NCBI GenBank assembly: GCA_051294905.1
Contig: CM119385.1
Coordinates: forward strand, 9,238,001-9,302,000
From: Botryllus schlosseri
Lineage: Eukaryota
Direction of reading: 5' to 3'
DNA: 64,000 bases
Part shown: positions 12,305 to 26,754 of the stretch, in pieces
Layout: every line of letters begins with the position of its first letter
How positions within the stretch are numbered: position 1 is the stretch's first letter
Position numbers and translations under genes: made by a program
The notes under the pieces: generated by a model
What the model was told of the DNA's origin: nothing
The model's input: the letters and a program-made list of their open reading frames with translations, nothing else
Database searches by the model: none

Positions 12305-12515
12305 CAGGGATGGTCAGTAACGAGGTACAAGTAGGTTTTGTCAACTTCATATGCTTACGTGATAGTTATGATTTTTTACTTGTTTTATACTACACAGTGT
12401 TTTAGGTAAAACTATATAGGCTTAGAATACATATTTTTTTACCAAGAAATCGCCATCTCTATTTCTACGTGAGTGAGTAGAAATGTATGACGTCACCCTA
12501 CTTGACTACCAACGA
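12305..12515. mobile_element. Degenerate relative of the CAGAGGTGGTCA element family
   Basis: Starts CAGGGATGGTCAGTAACGAGGTAC (compare 23063 CAGAGGTGGTCAGTAACGAAGTAC), with TACTTGACTAC near the end. No TSD seen. Confidence 0.4.
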
Positions 12516-15334
12516 TAACTACTTTGACAAGCTCTGGTATAATATACCTATGTGATTGGGCTGAAAATTAAAGCCTGTTGGTAAATCGACCCACTATACC
12601 ATCACTGTGATCCAACCCACCCTTACTAATATAATGCTTACACACATTAAATACCTGTACGACTAAGTTCGTCTCCCGTCATCAGTCACTATATTTTCCC
12701 TATCATAAAGCTCTCTGGTGGGAGGTCCAGAAGCAGGAATGCAATTCCGTATATCTGAAACATTTTGCGATGAATTCAAATTTTTAATTTGTTTCAACTA
12801 AACTTGACGTATTGTGTTGATTGTGCAGGAATGCCTATCTTGCTGTTTGAGTTGTTTGTTTCCGTACGGTACAGCAGACATGATGATGATGATTAAAAAG
12901 AAATACTTTCAAATTATTCCAACCCTGTGATTATCGTCTTATCATCGTCGCATTACTTACCAGCAAAATACAAATTTACCCCATTGGTATTTCGCATCCA
13001 CTCATTCCATTCAGGGAGTAAAATCCCCAGAAAATCCAGTAAACAGCAATTATGTGTATTTCTGTATTTCAGACACGATTTTATGAAAGGATATCAAGAG
13101 AAAAGCTGCAATATTTGATAGAAATCCCACGGCTAAAGGGTATTCGTTTACGATTTTACTAAATGAGCAAACAAAAGTTAGCGAACTGAGACGTTCAACG
13201 TCAGGGCAGCTCATCGGAATGAAGAAAGATGAGTTCTTGTGTTGACGCAGATTGCAGTGAAATTTTGTCACGGCATGCCGAGCAAGACCCGATATTTATA
13301 TATAAATAGGATTTGTGGAGATCCAGGGATTGGAGACGCAGAAATGATCTTGAGCTAGATCACAATTCGTGTATGCAAACCTTTCTCGACATATCCATAA
13401 TGTGTAAAGATAAATTGACATGTGCCACCATCTGTTATCAGAGTGAAATATGGTAACACAAACTTTCAAATTTTGCAGTAGGCCTACGTATCCACAACTC
13501 TATGCTGTATCTGTATTAGCGCTGTTGCGATATTGGTGATAATGATAATACTTTATTGATTAACTATATGCCTGCATCTTTCCCTTTTGAATTTTTCAAG
13601 TGTGACAAATCAAAATCAAGGGTGGTCTCAGCTATAAGAAAACGTCGCTTCGGGTCAACTTGTCAGTGTTATCGCTATATTCAGCCTAATGTATGCTTAA
13701 CTGTAACGTTTTGCACATATTTTATCTGCTACTGACGAATATATTTCCCTATCTCTCACTCATTAAGATAGGCCTCATAATGATGCCTTTCCTGCTGAGA
13801 TCATTTAATGGGAAAAATTTTAGCTTTCGAAAGATGGGAATAAGTATCCCAAATGATAGCGATAGACGTATTGCTGATTTGCGCGTATTTCTAAATTTCG
13901 AAACCACGTTTAGGCTTCGACCGTAAGTATAAATAAACTTCCATCCCTTAAAACCGCATAACCTTTCATTGACATTTAGCATTACAAAACTCGCGTACCA
14001 CGGAGATGATAGATTACACGCGTCAGATAAGGGTAGATAACGCCAACGCGAATTCTTCTTCATGCCGTTTACTGAAGACGACATTCTTGCTAAAGCCGAG
14101 TATTGGCAAGTTTTCACGCAACCTAATTGTAAGCTGTGATCGGCAATGAATCAAGTATCGCCGAAGATAACCATTTTGCTGTTTGGATGCTGAGCTGACT
14201 GATGTCCCAAAACGATCGAAATATGTCTGGTAAAGACATAAATCAGACATTAATCTTCATTTTGGTTTCATGTTTACAAATAGTTCTCTTAATTAAAATT
14301 TCCGCAACAGCTGAGAGTCCTTTGCATTAACGAAAGGAACCCGGAACGGTGGTTTGGGAACGTATATAAGGAAATAATCCCACTCATCTCGACATCATAA
14401 TGTGGCACCAGGTAAGTGACTATCACGGTGGATGGCGGATTAAGTGATGCAAATGTATACTCAAGTTCAGATAACAACAGCGAAAACAACAACAAAAGAA
14501 CTGACCAATCTGTATACGCGATGCTGTATATAAACAAAACAGACATGTTTCAGTACGGTCTTAATTGCTGATCTATCATGTCAGCGGACCGTGTCAATTT
14601 CCCTGCATATATACAGGAAATGCAAGAAGTTGACGCTTGTCCATTAATAGAGAAATGGAACATCACATTTTAAATCCATCTGGAAATTTGGGAAGTATTT
14701 TTTCTGCATGGAGTAGCAGCCTAATATAGAGTTCATGAGCTTCTCTGAACTGTGCGTATACGTTACAAAAGTAAGCGAAAGCATTGCGCAGAGGACTGAT
14801 CACTGATCCGCTGTGACCGAGAAACTCTCTCTTATTTTCTGCTTTCACCTTGAACAGCTGAGCATGAGCATATATCGCATTATCGTTGTTTTTCCATCAT
14901 AAGTTTCCGGCGCAAATAGACTTCTCAGAAAAGTCATTCCAAAGTCTCGCCATGCCTTGCATGGACTGGCGAACGAATTTTGAGAGTTGTCAATGATTCA
15001 GGTGGCCGTGAACCGTCCCGCCATCGCCTTGATTGGATTTCAAGAGAATCCTTGATATAATTACCGGTATCGCCTTGCCGCTTACTACTAATCGCGGTTT
15101 CACCTTTACCACGCGACCGACCATTCGAGTATAGTCTAATATGACTTCGCGCACCCAGAAAACGCCATCTTTGCACGAGTGAAGGTTATATTCTTTTATC
15201 AAGAAGTTAAGTAGAGGACGGTAGAAAAGGCTGTTCAAGACACACGAGATTGGCACTGCCAATAGCAGCCTTCACGCAGCATGGGATTCAATTAACTTCG
15301 ACCACATGGAATTATACCCACATGGTTAATTTAT

Positions 15335-15500
15335 CATCTCGGCTCCTCCTCGCCATCTGATACGGGTGAGCGGTGTCTAAAAAGCCTAAAAGTGAGCCGT
15401 GCTACTGGTCTGCAGCTACGGAATCTAAAATAAGGAATATCGGCCTGGTGTAAATAACCATTAATGTCGAAAAAACACCATGAATACTACAAACAACACA
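15335..15500 (+). mobile_element. SINE body and tail, 5'-truncated
   Basis: CTCGCCATCTGA...AAAAGCCTAAAAGTGAGCCGTGCTAC...GGCCTGGTGTAAATAACCAT...GTCGAAAAAACACCATGAATACTACAAAC aligns with 33875-34030. Confidence 0.6.
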
Positions 15501-18309
15501 TACCCGCATGGTATTTAGTATGGCATATGCTGTGACTCGAAATCACTCGCGGAAAGTAGGTGGCGAGTCGATTCCAACGCCGATTTGAGAAGATTAATAT
15601 GTGAAGTATATCTCTTTTTCTCGCGAAGAGTGGACATAACATGCTACTCATTCAGTTACTTTTTTTGGTGTGAAGTGGCAGGATAAATTCATCAAATCAC
15701 AGGTTAGGGAATGTAATTACCTCATATATCTGCAAAGGTCTTTTGTCTTTTTGTAGCGAATTGGAATAATTACAGGTCTAACTGTGTAGGCACCGGATCT
15801 TCCTTTGTTCGTATCGTAGCAATTTCGCATGCAAATATCCCACAGGTTTTGTGTTCGACAATGGCGGAATAATTCCACAAGCCTAATATTTGATGATTTT
15901 ATCATAATTGTTACAAAATGAAAACTGTTATTCCAAATATGTCGACCAGGGATATGTAGAATGTAGATATCTGTAACTGTGTTTCCATACGCTTTTGAGC
16001 CCCATCTGCTCCGTAAAATGGGATGACAGCGACGAGTTTTACTACAGAGTCTTGGTAGTTTGACCTTCCATTTGGCAAATTCTTTCCTATAATAATTCCA
16101 ACAATAAAATCCGAAGATATTATCAAACCATACTAGCATTTCCCATCTGAGTATATCGACGCAAAGGTTTGAAATATACTGATAAATCTCCTATATATGA
16201 TTGCCTGGCTGAAGTCAATAAAGAGTTGCTGCGAATCCAGGTAACACGTGTTGAGGTGGTCAAAGTAGTCAACGTTGCCGCTCAAGTATCGCGGTAAAAT
16301 TCTACTCGATCACAAGTATAGTTTAAGTAGCAATTCCCAAGACAAGGAAAAACTAGCTCAAGTGGAAGTGATGAAATGAGGGTCGCACAGCTATATGTAC
16401 TCAAGAAAGTAGTTTTATGAAGTTGAATAGTCGATAGCAGCATACTTTTAGCGTGTAATTGGAAATTGCTACTTTCGACATTGTAATATCAGGGTCTGCG
16501 AGACTGCGACTAACGCAAAATTACCAATGGCACTACGGATATAGGTAAAAGTTTTGAAAATATACTCTGATACAGATGCTATTGCACGCGGTTCTTCTGA
16601 TAATTTCACCCACAAACGTGATCCAAACTTAGATCCCAAACATATTTTATACTTTTCAAAATTAACATTGAAAAAAGTAAGTAGGTTTGCTTATAATCTG
16701 TTAATGTAAAAGTGAAAGTAGTCTAAAACACCAGCACTTGGGTAGGTCGGCCTAGTGCACGACTGCACGAATAATAAACAAAACATATGAGTATTTCCCG
16801 AAAATATACTCTATATTAATTTTTTACTAAGCAGTGACCACCTTCCACAGTATGATAATATTATAGTCTATAGTTGTCGTTCACACTTCAATCGTCGATT
16901 TGTAAAAGTCAACCGTTATAGATCATGTTATTGTACACGAATGACAGAAAATTTGGCAAGGAATGCAGAGTTTCTGTAATTTAACTTCTAAAGTCGGCGA
17001 AAAGCTATGAAATGGCGGCACGTCATGTATCATAACGCCCCGACTTTCGTTTATAGTGAAACATTCTGTAATTAGGCAGATTTCTCACTGTGAACGTGCG
17101 ATGTCATCCATCAACTTGTCTACTCCAAATAGCAGCCACAAACTATACCCTAATTAAAGTAGGGACTCTATATAGATACTCATGCTGGGAGTCAACGTAA
17201 CTGCATGGGAAGTGTGTCAGCAACGAGCAACGAGAATGATTTACTGCACCAATCCGCATTTTTTCAGATGACGGTGACGGGCCTCATCCATCACAAATAA
17301 ATCCTATAAGGTGCTTACAAACGAGGTGTACCTCAGAAATCATTCTTGTGTAGTGTGTACGAGAAGTGCTCCACTCTCATATACGCAATATAAATGTAGG
17401 CCTATAGTCTCCGTCAAATATACCTTGTCAAGAGTTGCCTGTGGCCTGTCTGATTCCCGGCTACATTAGATTTCATATATGACGATAACAGTATATGTTA
17501 AAGACCATGTAAGAATGGCGCACATCTGCAGCATTCCGCATCACCAGGTAATTAGGACAAGAAAGCATGAGATTAAAAATAGTAAGCATCATCGGTGATT
17601 ATGAGGACCGATGACTTTTGTGTTCGTGAGGATACTCAATTTAGTTTCCTCGGGAATACGGAAACCATTCTGTATTATGATCAAGAACTATCGCTATCGT
17701 TGCACAAACTACGGTATTGCAATCGCTTATCAAAGTAAACAGTAATACTTCTGTATGATTGCGCATTTCGTATTTAATAATATCTCGTATAGTCAGGGAA
17801 AATACATAACGCTGCATTGCTGATATTTAGATAATGAACAAACTTAATAAGCTATTTTTATGGTAATAATTGAAGAGAGTGTATTTCTTCGTATTGATTT
17901 CAATCTTGATTTAAATGCACGAATCCAGTTTCTGCACAATCACACTTTTGATAAATAATGTTGAATCTTCCCACAAGTACCAAATTATGACTTTGAACGA
18001 TTCAAGTCATCCTAATCAGCTTGAACAAGTTGTTCAAAAAGTTTCTCTAGCTTACACATATAGCTTCGTCCGAAATGAATTGTAGGCTACTTCTAAACAG
18101 TTTTTTTTTATAACAGTTGCATCATTGTGACATAGGCCAAGTAGACGATGAACTTTCTATTATGACACCATACAAAAATACGTTCACACTTCTAAATAAA
18201 TGTAAATTTGATATTTTATTTCTCTAATTAATGACAATGCGACCAACATCGTGCATTTTGGAATTGAGATATGAAATTCTAATATATCTGACGGGCAGTA
18301 AACTTGCCA

Positions 18310-18351
18310 CATACAGGCCCCGGTCCATGGCACGGCGGTTGAGAACCATTG
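18310..18351. mobile_element. Isolated right end of a Charlie-type MITE
   Basis: CCGGTCCATGGCACGGCGGTTGAGAACCATTG; no matching left end found. Confidence 0.4.
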
Positions 18352-19080
18352 ATTTAGGGAATAGTGGAGGAATTGCTTTCGCTTATATCGACAAATTAAG
18401 TCCATGAAGATAGAAATTCTGACGAGAGCAACGGCATTCTTACTACCAATGAAGTTTAAGCTCACAGCGAAAGCTATGGTAATTTGTTTTTTCGATAACT
18501 CCGAAACAATGGTATACGATAGAAAATACCCCGGAAACGAAATCCCGTCAAATTACAATCATTTTACATTAGAAGACCGCAAATTTAGACTCGCTATCTG
18601 TACAAGGCATCTCCGGCTTTGGCTATTTGTAGTTAGTCCGATAAGACCATGCGTGCAGTGTTTTATCTGGCACGTTCTGCTGCCACGCTTCGACGTTGTA
18701 ATCCCAGCAACAAATAGAAACAACCATATTTGACTGAAAGAGGCTATTTCGTCATCGTTACGAACACATCGTTACTTCACATGTCGATGTAACAATTGAT
18801 GCGAGAATCTACATGCAAATTGATCGCAGTGATGATCGTTGACTATCGGATTTTTTGCAACCAAGGCACCGATACTGATGAAGCCGAAAAGGGGTTTGGA
18901 TGTGTTTCGACTGTTCGGGTATACGCTGAATTTCGATGATAACGCGTCACAGGTGTGGTTTCGTGATCACCAGTTACTGAAAATAGACGTCAGAAACGAG
19001 CAAGATGATTGATTTTGTACGCAATGCCCAAATGTGTCAAGTGGTCGACGAATATAGGAATATTGTAATGTACTCCATTT

Positions 19081-19330
19081 CCGGGGTCGGCAACCTTTTT
19101 ATTTCTACGAACTGGTTTCAAAATGAGATTTTCAAAAACACAAATGTTCAACATTGAAAATATATTGCACCGCACGTACCACAAGGTGATCTTGACCATC
19201 GGTGATCTTGACCATGCACTATATTTCTGAAACTTCACCAAACTTGCCAAACTATACTAACTTGTGGTGACCAGTAACGAACTCTTAGGGGACCGGCACC
19301 GGTCTGCGGACCACATGTTGCCGACCACTG
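19081..19330. mobile_element. Charlie-type hAT MITE
   Basis: Ends CCGGGGTCGGCAAC / GTTGCCGACCACTG (12/14). No TSD preserved. Internal 16-bp tandem duplication at 19185-19215. Confidence 0.55.
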
Positions 19331-20457
19331 GACTTAATGACATCATCGTATATTAAGTCATCATTAATTGAACTGATATCCAACTATATGCATATCCGTG
19401 AGACCATCGATAATAATTGTAGGACCGAGCTGCAGTTCTTTCGAAAAATTCAAGCATGCGGAACCGTCGTTCTAGCTAAGGCGCAATCGCAGGCATCATA
19501 ATAATAGAGGTGAACTGCTGTATTTTTCGTAAGCGGCATGCGAACTCGAGAACGGAAATTAAGAGTTGAGGTGTGAAATTGTCTTCCGCGGCCCTCAGTA
19601 ATACGGCCTGTTTCTCATTTTGCCTACGCGGCTCGCGTGCAATAACACGGAAATGATTCACCCTTAGTTCCGAGTCATTGTTGAGTTCAAAGCACTTTTA
19701 TGCACAAACAGGCGCATTTAGTGCATACCTGTATTTCTAAGAGATTTGCCAAACACGATTTGGACAGTTGGAAATGATATTAAAAATTAAAACTAATTCA
19801 CGTGATATCGGGTTGATTTGATTTCGCATATAAAACGAAAAAAGAGGAATGAATGTTAACTGGAAATCCTTCATCTCAAAATACCCAATCGAGTATTGAG
19901 AAAAAGTAGAAGTATTTCTTAAACGAGCACCTCTGCAAATATCCGAATAAAACTTGGAATATTACATCTATCTATATCAATTCAGTGATAGCCTCATGTC
20001 TATTTCTGCATATGTTCTCAGGCTCAGCATATACTAAATACTAATCCGTTCTCAGCATCCCAACGCTAATCTATTATGTATTGCAGATGCCAATATTCCT
20101 CGCTTCAGAAAGATATGTTGACTCAGAACACAGTGTACACCATATTTGGACATCTCGACAGAAAAGACGACGAGAATTGATCAGTGACTTTCTCAGTCGA
20201 CTGCACTATTCGCAGCGGACGGACTCTGTCAATATTTTCAACCGCATTTTGTTCGACGTCCGCCAGCCTACGCGGCGAGGGAAATGACTAATTTATCGCG
20301 GAAATTCGTTACATTGTTACGTCAGATGACAATATTACAATGTTTTTACATTATTATCTGAACTTCCTTTAACCGGCAAGCTAGCGGGCGACGCTGTGGA
20401 AAAACAGCCAAAAAATAAGGAGCAGTGCGAGGAATGGCAATTTTATCATTTATAGAA

Positions 20458-21127
20458 CATGGTCGCCAACTCAAAACGGGTCGTGGATCACTTTTCAAAT
20501 TTCGTAGAGGCCGCGGGTCGCATGAATTCAATATCAGAATAAATAGGCCACACAGTTTAACAACGCTGCGCTCTCTAACATGGGTGAAGGGCATTAATAC
20601 TGAATATTATTTATTAAAAAAATTAAATAAAAATAAAATATCGTGATCATCATTTCCATTCTATTTTGACCTATACGAGCTGCACGCGATACCTGTCAAT
20701 AAGTTTCAGTCGAGCCGACGATAACTTATCGTAGGCCCCGTTTCAGTGACTAGCGAATCGATATTGCAGTTAGACACGGTATACTTGCTGGAAAAATATC
20801 TCCTCGAAATTTTTGATTTTGTGGGAAGCGTATCGGTCTTGACAGTGTCTGGGCCAATTTCAGGTCAAAACAATATGCCCATTCGCATCTGCGAATTCTT
20901 CCTCCATGGAATGTCATTATCGTCGCCAAAGCCGTATCAGTTATAGTGAAGAAAAGTGATGTTCGGCACAGGATAGTATATTATCATTTTGAACGAAAAC
21001 AACAATATATTTAAACTGAAATAAATTTCAGCAATTCAAACTGCTTTACTAAGCGTTCTTCGCAAATCTCAAATCTGGTCATGGGCTGAAAAATATGACC
21101 TCTACGGCAGCGTATTGGTTACCCCTG
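20458..21127. mobile_element. Degenerate Charlie-type hAT MITE
   Basis: Ends CATGGTCGCCAAC / TTGGTTACCCCTG. Flanks TTATAGAA / ATTTAGAA (6/8). Confidence 0.5.
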
Positions 21128-21336
21128 ATTTAGAACCTCATTTATGGCTATCGTGTTAAATCATATATAGCGACACATAAAATCGACCAGGCGTCCCTAC
21201 TTCCTGTATGGAGAAACAACGATTAGACTATAAACAAGAATTCAATTTTCAAGCGACACCTTGTCTATACCTCGCGCGTAAAACAACTATTACAACTTTT
21301 GATGATCCGGTCGATCGAGAAGTATATACCTATCTA

Positions 21337-21886
21337 CAGGGTTGTAATGACTCTAGTCATGACTCGACTAGAGTCCCACCTGAGTCACGATTTTTTGGTG
21401 ACTCGACTTAGCTCGAGTCATTTTTTCAAATGCTTGAAATGACTCGACGCGAGTCGAGTCAATTTGTGTATGGACTCGACTTGTACGTCATTGTGCATGA
21501 CTCGAACCAAGTCATATGACTTGAGAGTAGGACGGCCACGACAGACATTTCATTGTAATTTCAAAGAATAGTAAAGTCCATTATTAGCATTTTCTCTATC
21601 GGTCCTGATACTTAAAAAATAGGGCCAGAAACTGTTGGAACTGAGGAAAATTGCGATATTATCAATGCGAGTCATTCTATAACACTCGACCATCGTTGAA
21701 AAAGTGGGTTGGACCGGATTTACCCCAAAACTGAACAGGGAACACAATGACTTGGACTCGGACTCGAATCATTAAACTATGACTCGGACTCGACCCTCTA
21801 CTCACGGACTTGGACTCGGACTTGACGTGAACTGAAAATGACTCGACTTGACTCGAGTCAAAACTTGTGACTTGGTTGCAACCCTG
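21337..21886 (+). mobile_element. hAT-type MITE with GACTCGAGTC subterminal arrays (CAGGGTTG family)
   Basis: TIR CAGGGTTGTAA / TTGCAACCCTG. The interior is homologous to 41679-42147 in the opposite orientation. TSD not preserved. Confidence 0.8.
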
Positions 21887-22216
21887 CGCTATCCGTGCGG
21901 TTATGTCTTTGGACAAATTCCGCCTCCATACTTCAATTCACTTTTTACATTCTTAAATTCCGTCAAGTACAAGGTAGCGTGTGGAATGTTAATGGATTTC
22001 CTTCAGTTTTTAGTGAAACTGTCACAAGGATCGGATAATGCATCCTCCACATCACGATAACAGAACGCACCTGTAGATCATCAGTACTTTCGCATTCGTG
22101 ATCAACAAGCAAGCTACAATTTCCAATGCTGTCAACAGGGAGTAATTGACAAAATTCAGCGACGCTACATCGCAATCTACTTGTTCAATTCAAACTTCAC
22201 ATCTTCTACTTCAAAT

Positions 22217-24521
22217 CAGTGTTGGGATCAAGTCAATACCTTCGAGTCACGAGTCATCTCGAGTCATTGCACATTTTGACTCGAGTCAAGTCAAGTCAAT
22301 CGATTTTCAAAGGTGACTCGAGTCAAGTCAAGTCACTCGTTTTTCGAGGTGACTCGAGTCAAATCGAGTCAATTCAGGTCAAGTCACGAGTCAAGTCAGG
22401 ACTCAAGTCAAATTGAATTTTCTAAGTATGTGTGATGATGCAAAGTCATTACATTTTGCTAACTGTGTGAAGGATCGAATAATTGGCCATTTATCTTGAA
22501 TCAAATGACGATTATAAGTTAAATATGCATGCAAAAAGGCGTTGTATCGCTCACGCCCACGTAGAACTGCTAATAAAGTACGTGAGTAGCTGTATAGCTA
22601 CATGCTACAGTCTGATTTTATCTGCCAATATAAAGGATCGAATACCAAGCCACGAGAAGTTGAAAAAATTGATGTGGTACAATAGGCACTACCCACCTAA
22701 TACACATCCGTGAAAGGCATAAGCTATATTCGTTCGATTTAAATCGTACAGGAGTGTTGGTAAAGGTGAGCACTGCGCAATGTACGCACTGCGCTGCCTA
22801 AGAAACAGAGATACGATGCTATTAGATAAATCTACTGCTACTACGACAACGTAGGTGTGATGGTTTCGTTAGCGGTCAATTTATTTGTGATGTACCAATG
22901 GATGATCAATAAAACATACAATAATTGAAGACTGATTGCTCTCACAAGTGACACCGGCGTATCGCTAACAACCTAAACATACATAATATCTAGGGGGATT
23001 TAATCGACACTGTTTACTCAATGACTTGAAATTGACTCGTGAATTTTGCTCCGAGTCACGAGCAGAGGTGGTCAGTAACGAAGTACTTCTACTTTTTCGA
23101 AGTACTCAAGTAGTTTTCCTCTACTTCTGGTACTTACTCAAGTAGATCTGATTTTCGCTACTTCTACTTCAACTTCGTAATATTTTGTGATTTACTTACT
23201 TACTTTTCGCTATTTTCAGTTTGTCAAGTAGAAGTAGTTCAATCTTCCAATAAGGAAGATAACCTGAGGAATTTCGGGGCTATTTTCACGGAGTATCAAC
23301 ATTTAATTTTCATAAAAGTTTAGTAAAGCCCAGAATTTTCGTCGCGCTTCGCGCGCAGTGCTGGATGCGAAGTGGCCAATATGATTTGACGATAGTATCG
23401 GTGAATATAATTTAGGTAGAGTGTTGGCGTGGTTCCGCTCACACCACATTGTCGCCCTTCGTCCATTTCAAATAATTCATCACAGTATATATGGCTCATC
23501 ATAACGTTTGAAACTGATGTTTCGCAATCTAGCATATACTTGTCATATCGTAATCTAGCATGTCGATGGCGTGTCCAAATCTGGAAAAGTGGACTCTGAC
23601 TTTTTAAAAGTTTTAGAGCTGTTTTAGCAGACCACCTTTGAAACTTTCTGGACTAAAAACATGAAATACATGTTCTGCTTTTAGAAGTAGTATTTATATT
23701 TCACTTTTAATTCCCAGTATCATATACTTTGAGTTATAATTATTATCAGTTCTTTTGTCTGGATAACATACATGTTGAAGTATAAAAGCAAGTGTAGTAA
23801 TGCCTTTAATTTCTGGAAATAAAGCTACACAATATGGCATTTTTACGGTCCACCATATTTTTTATTACCGTTTACTAATCGCGTAAAGTGTTTACACCGT
23901 ATCCTATACAGCTACACAACTTCTCTGCATTGCTCTTCGACTAAACTACGGGCCTTATAATATGGGGAATGGCGCTATACCATGCTATTTTCCAAAACGT
24001 GCATTTCGAGGAAACAGAGGATTAGCATCGCATTTCCATATCAATACTATCATTTTCATCCCATGATGTGGACGAATACTTATGCTATCGAAGATTGGAT
24101 ATCTGCTGGTATGCATCAATATGAATCAAGCTCGTCACCTATCACATAGCTCAATTTGCACCTTCTTACAATCCATGTGAACGAATTAGGATCGTTTTCA
24201 TAACTACTTACTTACTTGAGTACTTTTAAAGTCAGTCAATTCTACTTCTACTTCAAGTAGTTTTAGGTTGCTTATGAAAGAAGTACTTCTACTTGTACTT
24301 GAGTAGATTTTTTCGTCGCTACTTCTACTTCTACTTGATTAGCTTTCTTGACTACTTTGACCACCTGTGGTCACGAGTCAATCCGCATTTCCGAGGGGCC
24401 GAGTCAAGTCAAGTCAAGTCAAGTCGTTTTTGCAAAGTGACTCGAGTCAAGTCAAGTCATACGAAAAAGTTGACTCGAGTCTGACTCGAGTCAAGTCATG
24501 ACTCGAGTCATCCCATCACTG
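22217..24521. mobile_element. Non-autonomous hAT element (CAGTGTTGGGAT family), host of a nested insertion
   Basis: TIR CAGTGTTGGGAT / ATCCCATCACTG (11/12). Perfect TSD CTTCAAAT (22209-22216 / 24522-24529). GACTCGAGTCAAGTCA arrays at both ends. Confidence 0.9.
23063..24369. mobile_element. Nested non-autonomous hAT element with TACTTCTACT subterminal arrays
   Basis: TIR CAGAGGTGGTCA / TGACCACCTGTG (11/12). Perfect TSD GTCACGAG (23055-23062 / 24370-24377). Confidence 0.9.
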
Positions 24522-25440
24522 CTTCAAATATATAATTCTTGAAATTTGATGACATTTTGACCCCCTCTGTCGAAGACAAGGCATATGATTTAAAATTAGC
24601 ATAGGGGGATTGCAGAATGCAACGGGGCGAGAAATATTGGAACAAAACATACACGCGTGCACGAAAAAATAGACAAAGAGATACTGGTTCAATGCCACTT
24701 GATTTTGACAGATGCATGAACCCTCATCATAGCGGCACCTACCAAACTACTAGATTTGATCATATAATGTATGGTTCAAAAGTTTTGGAAAAATAAATGG
24801 CACTCTGAGTTCATGAAGATGATTGCGGAATGCGGTTTCCCATAAGTAACACAAAGAGAAGCGACACTTGTGACTTCCGGGAACTTTTTCAGTGATGGTA
24901 TTTACCGCAACATTCACGCATTTCATGGTGAAATCGACATTTTGGACGTGATCGATGACGGAAATGTTATCTATATTGTCTAAACATTTGCAAAGTCGTG
25001 TTGCCGTTGCGGTTTGTGTATTTTAACGGCTTGGTCACGATTCGAGGAGAAATCCAAGTTAATCAAACAGAGCAATGTTGCCACGATCCCGGCATCAATC
25101 TAAAAAAGATATTGATACTTTCGATTGCATCAATGCGCCGAAATCGTTTATGTCGTTGTAGTTGCATCAGGATTGAGCGCAGCTGAATGAGAATAGATCA
25201 CCACAGCTTATATAACTCCTCAGATTATCCTGTGTTACAAGTCGGACACGTGTCTCTACTCCACACGTTCTCTTTAATTGTACCACAAACAAGCAATAAT
25301 TTCAATGTCCCTGAAAAGGCATGCGGAGTCGGTGGGCTTAGATAAGTTCATACATAAGACGACAATACGTAAAAATTCAAATTGAGAGTAGGGGTAGATT
25401 TGGCCTACGGATTATGACAATGTATAGATACGGATGAAGC

Positions 25441-25625
25441 TAGGGTTGCATTTAAAACAAAAATCAATTTAACATAAACATGTTTAAAACGAGGCCCTTG
25501 TTTAAAATATGTTTTTTTATTGTTGTCTTGTTTCTGTTTTAACCATGACGTCACGAATCTTCAGTTGTGAGACGTGACAGTAGATTGGTATTGACAATTG
25601 GAGATATAGGCTGAATATGGCTCCT
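25441..25625 (+). mobile_element. MITE, TAGGGTTG family, truncated left part
   Basis: TAGGGTTGCATTTAAAACAAAAATCAATTTAA... aligns with 8966 onward; similarity is lost near 25625. Confidence 0.7.
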
Positions 25626-26754
25626 CTGATGAAAAAGGCTTACGAGCCCCAACATGGAATGTCAGCTATGTTCCATATACCTTTTCATTTGTGGGATAAT
25701 GAGAAAGATGGTACACAAAGCCCCTCGTGTGTTCTGTTCAGTGCAGCAAATTAATAAACTAACCGAAACAGCGAAAAGGGTTAAGAACCACTACGGCCTC
25801 GATAATTTGGTATTGGGGAATCTTTAAAGCTGACTAACCCTAACATAGATCTCAATAAACACCATATGATTGTACGGCATCCTATGTCTCGTGAGTGAGT
25901 TTACAATCCTTCAAGGTCATGTTCACCTTCTGGGGTAATGAAAATGTAGAATTTGGACTTTTTGTATGTGGATTTTAGGACATACCAGTATTGGCAGGGA
26001 CACAGTTGAGATGGTGAATACAGGGAGTAATTCATTTCCTACCTTTTTGTTCAAATAAGGAAAATCGGAGGTATGAGAGATAACGTTTCCAGAATTAGGC
26101 GGGTAAAGATATACAGTAAGGATGGGATACGTCAAGATTAAATCATTCAACCCGAAACGTACAGAATGGTTTGCGGAACATGCGTGCAAGACTTCATGTT
26201 GAGCATACGACAGGCCAATATGAAACGACTTGCCAACGATTCTCATGAGAAAGGAAAAAAATCGAATCAAAAGGCACCAGGATGTCTGCCAATGCGTTTA
26301 CATACGAACTATAATTCTGTAAATCCATACAAACAACGCGCTGCCACATGAACAAAATCTATCTTTGGGATTACGGAAACGTGTAATGACAGAAAAGGCA
26401 TTCTGATTATGGACCCGAGGTCAACATGAATCGACCTGTTACACAAATAGCCCTTTTTCAGAAATCATAACACCAGAAAGTTTGAAGCTAAAAATATCGC
26501 GATTTTATCTTATGCTCATAAATATATATAATAAAACGAACTTTTCTGCCCAGGAGAAGATGCCATTTTGAGGAAAAACGAGAGAAATAGGCGCATTTTA
26601 CACCATTTAGTGTGAAGCATCAGGATACGTTTTCAACTGATTTCAACAGTTGAAACAAAGACATCATATATATTTTAGACTCCCGCTAAGAACGCGCAAT
26701 CGCACCTGCATATTCGCTAATTTTTTGGGCACTGATTGCGAGACTGTCTTTGTT

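Noticed and set aside
13693-16139. Cluster of 60-140-aa ORFs as exons
   Set aside because: Both strands read equally well, with no domain and no consistent splice chain.
17515-20287. Two-exon peptide MAHICSIPHHQ joined to MPIFLASERY...
   Set aside because: The splice sites are plausible and in phase, but there is no homology or other support.
21337-24521. GACTCGAGTC arrays as a CRISPR array
   Set aside because: Irregular short motifs bounded by TIRs and TSDs, no regular spacers, no cas genes, eukaryotic context.
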